Source: Pyrinomonadaceae bacterium
GTDB lineage: Bacteria; Acidobacteriota; Blastocatellia; Pyrinomonadales; Pyrinomonadaceae
Length of the DNA: 64,000 nucleotides
NCBI GenBank assembly: GCA_046313635.1
Contig: JBKBYA010000011.1
Span: forward strand, 32,001-96,000
Direction: 5' to 3'
This document shows positions 39,116 through 46,630 of the stretch, piece by piece; positions within the stretch are counted from its first letter, which is position 1, and each line of letters opens with the position of its first letter. A model generated the notes under the pieces. It searched no databases, was not told the origin of the DNA, and saw only the letters and a list, made by a program, of their open reading frames with translations. The translations under genes and the position numbers were made by a program.

Positions 39116-39754
39116 ATGGCAAAAACCTATCCGTACACAATTTCGAACAAACAGATCGGGCCGTTTTTGGCCAAAATTAGAAGTGCTACTAAACCTGAGC
39201 GTCTGAGTCAGCAGATTCTCAGGAATTGGGGTTTCACAGCGTCCAACGACAGGGCGTTACTCCGAATACTCAAGGGCCTTGGATTCGTGAATGAAAACGG
39301 CATTCCGACCGAGCAGTATAATCGGCTAAAGGACGGGACGGACTGGAAGAACGTGCTCGGTGAACAAGTTAGAGAGCTTTATTCCGACCTGTTTGCCACT
39401 GACACTCAGATTCACAAGGCCCCGGATGACGAAGTCAAAGGGGCGTTTAGCCGCATAACGGGACAAGACGACGCAACAGTCAATCGCTATTTCGGGACAT
39501 TTAAGGCCTTGGCGGCCCAAGCGAACCTCGATGGGAACACCAAGAAACGAGCGGTACAGGTTGAGGATGTTTCCGGTGATCAATTAGAAAGCCGCGAGCA
39601 CGAGCAGGAGTCAAACTTCACTAGAGAACCAAGTGAGCATCGGAGGTCTCCGCACTCGTTTCATTACAATATCCAGATACACCTACCGGCTACCAACGAC
39701 ATCTCCGTTTACAACGCGATCTTCAAGAGTGTGAAAGACCACTTATTGGATTAA
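39116..39754 (+). CDS. DUF5343-like protein
   Basis: YPYT, LKGLGFVNENGIPTEQY, HYNIQIHLPAT, YNAIFKS pattern; lower GC. Confidence 0.75.
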   Translation: MAKTYPYTISNKQIGPFLAKIRSATKPERLSQQILRNWGFTASNDRALLRILKGLGFVNENGIPTEQYNRLKDGTDWKNVLGEQVRELYSDLFATDTQIHKAPDDEVKGAFSRITGQDDATVNRYFGTFKALAAQANLDGNTKKRAVQVEDVSGDQLESREHEQESNFTREPSEHRRSPHSFHYNIQIHLPATNDISVYNAIFKSVKDHLLD

Positions 39755-39758
39755 AGCC

Positions 39759-40325
39759 ATGGATAAGTTAAAGCGGTTCGTATTTGATGGCCTTCTTCTC
39801 AGTGACACGTTTCAGCAATTGAGAGAGAGCGGAGTGGCGGTAGAAGTCGGTACAGATGATCAGGTAATTGCAAGAATCGAGGAACGTAGTTTCAGCCCTC
39901 GAATTACGCATAATGCAAATCAGATGGCGGCTGTTTTTATTGCATTCTTTTGCATCGAGAACGCCGCTCGTGAGCTGATCTCTGAGCGCATGCTCGATAG
40001 ACAGGGCGCTGGCTGGTGGGAGAAGGTACCAATTAAAATAAGAAATGCGGTCGAAAGGCTAAAAGAGAAGGAGGAACAAAATCGCTATCACACTAGCCGT
40101 TCAGTTGATCTTATTGGCTACACTCTATTCGGCAACCTTGCGCAAATAATAATTGCGAATTGGGAGGACTTTTCTGACTTATTTCCGAACCAGGCTTGGG
40201 TTACTTCACGGTTCCATGATTTGGAAATGTCACGAAATATAATCATGCACACTGGGCTCCTTCCTCAAATCGAAATCGAGAGAGTGGAGAGCATCGCTAG
40301 AGATTGGATAAGACAAGTTGGGTAG
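39759..40325 (+). CDS. Swt1-like HEPN domain protein (putative RNase)
   Basis: FFCIENAARELI, WWEKVP, IIIANWEDF, R-N-I-I-M-H (RX4H) HEPN motif. Confidence 0.8.
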   Translation: MDKLKRFVFDGLLLSDTFQQLRESGVAVEVGTDDQVIARIEERSFSPRITHNANQMAAVFIAFFCIENAARELISERMLDRQGAGWWEKVPIKIRNAVERLKEKEEQNRYHTSRSVDLIGYTLFGNLAQIIIANWEDFSDLFPNQAWVTSRFHDLEMSRNIIMHTGLLPQIEIERVESIARDWIRQVG

Positions 40326-40535
40326 TTTAGTGCAGATGGCACGCCAAGACGAGCCATAAGAGCAGCAAGACGCCGGTGGGAGCCGGCGTTTTGTTTTTTG
40401 ATGGGTGTGGCAGAGGGTTTTGGATGTTGCGGTGAGATGGACCTGGCTTCGCGGCTGGCGGTTGGGTGGTGGTCGGGCGTTGGGTACGCGTAAATTTGGC
40501 TGTGGAGGCTGGGAGGGCGGGTTTTATTGGATTTG

Positions 40536-40585
40536 TCTTTTGTCTTTTGTCCTTTGTCTTTTGTTTTTGGTTTTTGGTTTTTTTG
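40536..40585. repeat. Heptamer tandem repeat / G+T-rich low-complexity tract
   Basis: gtcttttgtcttttgtcctttgtcttttgtttttggtttttgg. Confidence 0.75.
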
Positions 40586-40709
40586 GTGGTCTCGTCGGGG
40601 TCGGCGGGGCTTTTGATTTTTGGGGTGGGGGGCCGGTAGCAGGCGTCTGAACTGTGGGTGTAGACTTATTGGCACAGACGGGGCGGCCGTTTGCGGGGCC
40701 GGAGATCGG

Positions 40710-42851
40710 ATGTACTCTCGACAAATATTCAAAAAAGCAGGCACATTGTTAACGGCGGTCGCCGGTTTGGCGGCCGTTATTTTTGCGGGAATGGCGGGCG
40801 TGGCGGCGGCGCAGTCGGCGGGGGCGTTCGACCCTTCGTTCGGCACGGGCGGCAAGGTGTACGCGGTGCCGGCAAACTTTATGCCCGCGCAGGACGTCGC
40901 GGTGCAGGCCGACGGCAAGATCGTTCTCGTCGGCTCGAGCACGGGGCCCGACGGGACGTCGGACTTCGGCGTCGTGCGGCTCAACGCGAACGGCTCGGTC
41001 GATACTTCGTTCGGGACGGGCGGGCTGATCCGCTTTGCCTTCGACACCGGCGCGAGCGAGTCGGCGACGGCGGTCGCCATCACCAGCGGCATCATCTTTG
41101 TCGCCGGCAATGTCGAATTCGGCGCGGCGTCGTGGGACATCGGCGTCATCAAGCTACTCGCGAACGGCACCGTTGACGCGAGCTACAACGGCGGCGCGGG
41201 CAAGGCCAAGATCGATATGGGCGGCGAAGAGTTTGTCAACGACATCGCCATCCAAACGGACGACAAGCTCGTCCTCACGGGCACGACGCGTTCGACGCCG
41301 AACACGGACGTCGCCGTCATCAGGCTCAACTACAGCGGCACGCTCGATACGACATTCAACGGCACGGGCAAGATCTTTATCGGCATCGGCTCGGGCAACA
41401 ACGACGGCGGCACCGGCCTCGCGCTGCAGCCGGACGGCAAGATCGTCGTCGCGGGATACACGCGCGAGCAGAGCCGCGGGTACTTTTTGGCGGTGAGGCT
41501 GACGACGGGCGGAGTACCGGACTTCTCTTTCAGCTCGTTGGGCTTTAGGCAGACGGCGGTCGGGACGCAATTCGACCGCGCAAACGCCGTCGCCGTACAG
41601 GCCGACGGAAAGATCGTGCTCGCCGGCACGACAAACAGCGGCTCGGGCGACGAGTCGGCCTTTGTGAGATACAACACCGACGGCACGCTCGACAATTCGT
41701 TCGACGGCGACGGCAAGCTCGTCGTCGACGTGCGGCCGGGCAATTCCGAAGCGATGCGTTCGGTCGTCGTGCAGGCCGACCAAAAGATCGTCGGCGTCGG
41801 CGCCGGCGGCGGGGCGTACATTCTCGTCCGCCTCAACGCCAGCGGCGCGCTCGATACGCAGTTCGGCACGGGCGGCAAGGTCGCCGCTCAGGTCTCGCCC
41901 GGGCCGAGCGGCGCCAACCGCGGCATCCTGCAGCCGGACGGCAAGATACTCGCTGTCGGCGACGGGAGCGACAATTCGGGCGGATTCGGGTACACGGCGG
42001 CGAGATTCCTGACGCGGCCTTTGGCGCAGAATCAGTTCGATATCGACGGCGACGGCAAGGACGACATCGGCGTCTATCGCCCCGGCCCGCGAGAGTGGTG
42101 GTTCATCCGCAGCAGCACGGGCGCGGTCGGCGTCGAGAGCTGGGGTATCGGCGGCGTCATCGCGCCGGCCGACTACACCGGCGACGGCAAGATGGACCTC
42201 GGCGCCGTCAACGTGGCGGCCGGCGTTTACGGATACCGCCGGAGCGAGAACTACGGCCAATTCCTCGTCTTCGTGCCAAACTCGGGCAATACCAAACCGG
42301 TGCCCGCCGACTATGACGGCGACGGCCACGCCGACATTGCCGTCGTCAACGACTCACGCTCTTGGTACGTGATCCCGTCGGGCACGGGCGCCGCGTACAC
42401 GAGGTTATTCGGCGCGGCCGACGACATCGCCACGCCGGCCGACTTTGACGGCGACCGCATCGCAGACGTTTCGATATTCAGGCCGTCCAGCGGCGAATGG
42501 TGGATCGATCGCTCGGCGGCGGGGCTGATCGTGATCACATTCGGCGCGAGCGGCGATCGTGCGGTCGCCGCCGACTACACCGGCGACGGCAAGGCGGACA
42601 TCGCCGTGTACCGGCCGTCGAGCGGCGTCTGGTACATCCTGCGAAGCGAGGACCTGAGCTATTACGCCTTCCCTTTCGGCATCTCGACCGACATTCCCGT
42701 GCCGGCCGATTACGACGGCGACGGCCGCATCGACCCGGCCGTCTATCGCCCGTCGACCTTTACCTGGTACATCCTCAAGAGCACCGGCGGCCTGACCGTG
42801 CAGACATTCGGCACGAGCGGCGACGTGCCGGCGGCAGGTTATCGGCAGTAG
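40710..42851 (+). CDS. Secreted delta-60 (DUF5122) beta-propeller protein with C-terminal FG-GAP-like repeats
   Basis: Repeated QxDGKIV...G.LD.SFG..G units; C-terminal D[YF]xGDG repeats. Confidence 0.9.
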   Translation: MYSRQIFKKAGTLLTAVAGLAAVIFAGMAGVAAAQSAGAFDPSFGTGGKVYAVPANFMPAQDVAVQADGKIVLVGSSTGPDGTSDFGVVRLNANGSVDTSFGTGGLIRFAFDTGASESATAVAITSGIIFVAGNVEFGAASWDIGVIKLLANGTVDASYNGGAGKAKIDMGGEEFVNDIAIQTDDKLVLTGTTRSTPNTDVAVIRLNYSGTLDTTFNGTGKIFIGIGSGNNDGGTGLALQPDGKIVVAGYTREQSRGYFLAVRLTTGGVPDFSFSSLGFRQTAVGTQFDRANAVAVQADGKIVLAGTTNSGSGDESAFVRYNTDGTLDNSFDGDGKLVVDVRPGNSEAMRSVVVQADQKIVGVGAGGGAYILVRLNASGALDTQFGTGGKVAAQVSPGPSGANRGILQPDGKILAVGDGSDNSGGFGYTAARFLTRPLAQNQFDIDGDGKDDIGVYRPGPREWWFIRSSTGAVGVESWGIGGVIAPADYTGDGKMDLGAVNVAAGVYGYRRSENYGQFLVFVPNSGNTKPVPADYDGDGHADIAVVNDSRSWYVIPSGTGAAYTRLFGAADDIATPADFDGDRIADVSIFRPSSGEWWIDRSAAGLIVITFGASGDRAVAADYTGDGKADIAVYRPSSGVWYILRSEDLSYYAFPFGISTDIPVPADYDGDGRIDPAVYRPSTFTWYILKSTGGLTVQTFGTSGDVPAAGYRQ

Positions 42852-42896
42852 TCGGCAGACGAGATGCCCGGGTCGTAAGACTCGGACAATTGATCG

Positions 42897-43031
42897 AACA
42901 GGATGGACAGGATCGGCAGGGCCGGTGGCGTTTTTGTCGCTGACTCGTGCAGTTCCTCTCCATCCTGTTTTGGTACTTGCCGAAAAAGATCCTTTGCGTA
43001 CTCTGCGAAAAACTTTGCGTCGTCTGCGGTT
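42897..43031. repeat. Composite intergenic repeat (gacaggat-type 9-mers plus ctttgcg units), copy 1
   Basis: aacaggatggacaggatcggcagg identical to 46444-46467; followed by ctttgcgtactctgcg...tctgcggtt. Confidence 0.7.
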
Positions 43032-43300
43032 GAAAATTTCCTGACAGCGAAGGGCCCGCAGCCGGGCGCAAAGGCACGCAGAGATCCCCTCGAAACATCC
43101 AAATTTTTGTTGAAGTTTCAAAATTCTGTAAAGGCGTCGTTCCCGCGGCGATCGGCCGCGGGCCTCGCAACAAGTTATTTGCGAGAGAAATCAGCTAAAT
43201 AAGCACGCATAATTCATCTGGCCGCAATTTTGCACGCGCCTTTCTCAGTTTGATCAGGACACTGTAGTACGTAACGCCCACTCTAGGAGAAAAAGGTCCG

Positions 43301-44551
43301 ATGAGGTTTACGATCACTACCGCTGCGCAAGCGGGCCGGCAAACTGCGTCCATTCTTTGCCTGCTTCTCGCACTCACCTGCCTCCCCACAGGCTACGCCT
43401 TCGCACAGACCGTAACGAGCGGCACGCCGGCCGCTCCGGCGGGTGACCGCATTGCAACCGTCGATGCCGGGCCGGTGCGATTCAGTTTTGACGAGCAGGA
43501 CCGCGGCGTCGTTTACGTCGAGGCCGGCGGCGTGAAGTTTCGCGTCGACCCCGCCAGCCGAACCGTGCAGACCGTGATGACATCGCCCGACGAACGGGCA
43601 GCGGCCTCGGCGGCCGCACCGGCGGCCGGCAGCGAGACAAAGCCTGACAAACTACCGGCGGCATCCGCCGAACGGCAGAATGCCGGTGAGGGCGCGTACG
43701 ACTTTGACAAGGGCGAGGAGCCGTATGACTACAGGCTCGTAAACATCCCGACGCCAAAGAGCGTGCCGAAGGGCACGTGGAATCTGACCTTCACACACCG
43801 CTTCACGCAGCCAGTGCATCCGGTCGAGACCAGCGCCCGCAACCTCTTCGGGCTTGACAGCTTTGGCATCGCATCGTTTGGTCTCACCTACGGCGTGACC
43901 GACCGGCTTTGGGTCTCGGCAAGTCGCTCGCCGCTCTGCCAGCGCGGACTTTGCCGCGTGATCGAGCTCGGCGCTGGATACAACTTTCTGACGCAGGACG
44001 CCGATTCGCCGATCGCCCTGTCGGCGTACGCGAGCATCGAGGGCAACGGCAATTTTACCGAGGAGTACACATACAACCTGCAGGCCCGCGCATCGGCGCG
44101 GCTGGGAAAGCGCGTGTACCTCTTCTTTGATCCGGCGGTTCACATCAACTCGAATGGGCAAGGGCGGTTCGATCCTCGGCCCGAGCAATTCTTCCCGCCG
44201 GCGCCGGTCGCAAACACGTTCAGGCAGCCGGCGCACACGGCGTCGTTCGGCTTCGGCGCAAGCGTGCTGATCACGCCCGACCTCGTCGCGCTCGTCGACT
44301 TTACGCCGCGTGTCGGTTTCAAGCTCGGGCGGGTGCTGCCGATCTTTGATCAGAACTTCAGGGTCACCGGTTTTCGCACCGTGTCGCACCCGACGCTCGG
44401 ACTCGGGCTGCAAAAGAATATCGGCAAGCACTCATTCGCGATCACATTCTCAAACACTCAGACGACGACCACCAGCCGGTACAACTCAAGCAACCTCGTG
44501 CTCAAGCCGCGGCGGCTGGTGATCGGATTCAACCTATCGCGGCGATTTTAG
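43301..44551 (+). CDS. DUF5777-like outer-membrane beta-barrel protein
   Basis: Signal peptide, RLVNIPT, FTHRF, GKHSFAITFSN, C-terminal GFNLSRRF. Confidence 0.78.
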   Translation: MRFTITTAAQAGRQTASILCLLLALTCLPTGYAFAQTVTSGTPAAPAGDRIATVDAGPVRFSFDEQDRGVVYVEAGGVKFRVDPASRTVQTVMTSPDERAAASAAAPAAGSETKPDKLPAASAERQNAGEGAYDFDKGEEPYDYRLVNIPTPKSVPKGTWNLTFTHRFTQPVHPVETSARNLFGLDSFGIASFGLTYGVTDRLWVSASRSPLCQRGLCRVIELGAGYNFLTQDADSPIALSAYASIEGNGNFTEEYTYNLQARASARLGKRVYLFFDPAVHINSNGQGRFDPRPEQFFPPAPVANTFRQPAHTASFGFGASVLITPDLVALVDFTPRVGFKLGRVLPIFDQNFRVTGFRTVSHPTLGLGLQKNIGKHSFAITFSNTQTTTTSRYNSSNLVLKPRRLVIGFNLSRRF

Positions 44552-44573
44552 GCACGACGGTGCGAACGCGGGT

Positions 44574-44930
44574 ATGACGAGAGAATTTCGGTATCGATAC
44601 AAGGTCGCCGCGATCTTGTCGGCGGCGTCGGCATTCGCGGCACTTGGGCACGCCTTGCCGCCGCGAGGCACCGCTCCCGTGCAATCTAACGGGGCCGCGA
44701 TCTATGCCGCCAGCTGCGCACGCTGTCACGGCGCCGACGGCCGCGCTCAGACCGCAAAGGGCCGTCAGGTCGGCGCCGTCGATCTGACAAGCGCCGAGTG
44801 GGAGCCTGACGAGGTCCGCGACAAACGCATCATCACCAAAGGCAAAGGCAACATGCCGGCATTTGGCAAAAAGCTCAAACCCGCGGAGATCGAGGCCGTC
44901 GCGGCGTACATTCGGAAATTCAAAGGTTAA
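44574..44930 (+). CDS. Monoheme cytochrome c
   Basis: CARCHG, GNMPAFG; N-terminal signal. Confidence 0.92.
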   Translation: MTREFRYRYKVAAILSAASAFAALGHALPPRGTAPVQSNGAAIYAASCARCHGADGRAQTAKGRQVGAVDLTSAEWEPDEVRDKRIITKGKGNMPAFGKKLKPAEIEAVAAYIRKFKG

Positions 44931-44973
44931 GGGCCGCGGCCGTCTCGACGCGACCGATCAGGAGGAACGATCT

Positions 44974-46428
44974 ATGCGAGAGCTTAAGTTAGTACTTATC
45001 TTTGCCTTCGGCGTACTTTTTGTCTTTGTCCTCGCGGGCGAGACGAGATTTAGTCCGTCCGCGGCGGCCTACTCGACCGGACCGCCCGCGGGCCGGACAG
45101 GAGCTCCCGGCGAAGTCACCTGCATCGAATGCCACAATTCGTATCTCGCAGAGCGGTACCTTTCGGCCGCCGGCGGCACGCGTCCGCTGACCATCATCGC
45201 TCCCGCAACGTACACGCCGGGTCAGACCTATCAGATAACCGTGCGGCATATGTCGACCGACCCGAGCCGACGCCGCTGGGGCTTTCAGATGACGGCGCTG
45301 GCGGGAACGGCGATGGCCGGCACGTTTGCCAACATCAATGCGACCACGCAGATCATCTCGGGCGGCTCTCGCAGTTATATCGAGCACACGCTCGACGGAA
45401 CGTTTCCGGAACAGATGGGCGGAGCTCAATGGACGGTCAACTGGACCGCTCCGGCGACCTCGGTCGGTCCGATCAAGTTCTATGCAGCGGGCAACCAAGC
45501 GGACAACAGCGGCACGCCCGACGGCGACTTTATCTCCACGGCGAATGCGACGTCGCAGCCGGCCGCACAGCAGGCCCCGCGAAGCGCGCCGTTTGATTTT
45601 GACGGGGATCAGAAGACTGACGTCGCGGTGTTTCGGCCGGGGGCGTCTGGGGCGGAGTGGTGGATCTTGCGGTCGGGCATGTCGAGCGTTTATGCGGCGC
45701 AGTTCGGGGCTTCGACGGACGCGGCGGTGCCGGCGGATTTTACGGGTGACGGCAAGGCGGACGTCGCATTCTGGCGGCCTTCGAACGGGCAGTGGTTTGT
45801 TTTGCGGAGCGAGGATTCTTCGTTCTTTGCTTTTCCGTTCGGGGCGAGCGGCGATATTCCCGCGCCGGCCGATTACGACGGCGACGGCAAGGCCGACCCG
45901 GCCGTGTACCGCCCTTCGGCGGGAGTGTGGTTCATACTTCGCAGTTCGGATGGTCAGGTCGCGAGCGTGACCTTCGGCATCTCGCAGGACAAGCCGGTGC
46001 CGCAGGATTTTGACGGCGACGGCAAGGCCGACATCGGCGTGTATCGTCCGAACGGCTCGTCGGGAGCCGAATGGTGGATCCTCAGATCGACGGCCGGACT
46101 GTTTGCGGCGAGCTTCGGGCAATCGACCGACAAGGCCGTCGCGGGCGACTACACCGGCGACGGCAAGGCGGACGTCGCATTCTGGCGGCCCTCGACGGGC
46201 GAATGGTACGTGATGAGAAGCGAAGATTCGTCGTTCTTTGCGTTCCCGTTCGGCACGTCGGGCGATGTGGCGGCACCGGGCGACTTCGACGGCGACGGCA
46301 AGATGGACGCCGCGGTCTTCCGCCCGTCGAACTCGACATGGTTCGTCAACAAGTCGACCGGCGGAGTGCAGATCACCCCGTTCGGCACGAACGGCGACGT
46401 CCCCGTGCCGAGCCTCGCCGTGAGATAA
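44974..46428 (+). CDS. Secreted Reeler-like (choice-of-anchor V) protein with CXXCH and FG-GAP-like repeats
   Basis: GRTGAPGEVTCIECH, WGFQMTA, WTAP, FYAAGN; C-terminal DFDGDGK repeats. Confidence 0.85.
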   Translation: MRELKLVLIFAFGVLFVFVLAGETRFSPSAAAYSTGPPAGRTGAPGEVTCIECHNSYLAERYLSAAGGTRPLTIIAPATYTPGQTYQITVRHMSTDPSRRRWGFQMTALAGTAMAGTFANINATTQIISGGSRSYIEHTLDGTFPEQMGGAQWTVNWTAPATSVGPIKFYAAGNQADNSGTPDGDFISTANATSQPAAQQAPRSAPFDFDGDQKTDVAVFRPGASGAEWWILRSGMSSVYAAQFGASTDAAVPADFTGDGKADVAFWRPSNGQWFVLRSEDSSFFAFPFGASGDIPAPADYDGDGKADPAVYRPSAGVWFILRSSDGQVASVTFGISQDKPVPQDFDGDGKADIGVYRPNGSSGAEWWILRSTAGLFAASFGQSTDKAVAGDYTGDGKADVAFWRPSTGEWYVMRSEDSSFFAFPFGTSGDVAAPGDFDGDGKMDAAVFRPSNSTWFVNKSTGGVQITPFGTNGDVPVPSLAVR

Positions 46429-46443
46429 AGCGGGCGCGATTCA

Positions 46444-46578
46444 AACAGGATGGACAGGATCGGCAGGATGCGAGAGAGCCAAGCTCAAACCATCCTGCTC
46501 ATCCTGTCCATCCTCTTTTGATCTCCATTGCGAATGATCTCTGCGTCCTTTGCGGCGCACTTTGCGTTCTTTGCGGTT
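46444..46578. repeat. Composite intergenic repeat, copy 2
   Basis: acaggatggacaggatcggcaggatg...catcctgctcatcctgtccatcct, then ctctgcgtcctttgcg...ctttgcggtt. Confidence 0.7.
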
Positions 46579-46630
46579 AAAAAAAGGAGCGTTTCACGCA
46601 AAGCTCGTGGAGCACGCAAAGGGCCGCCGG

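Noticed and set aside
40265..41170. 301-aa minus-strand ORF and similar long antisense or alternate-frame ORFs throughout the window
   Set aside because: Shadow ORFs of high-GC genes and low-complexity repeats, with no recognisable motifs.
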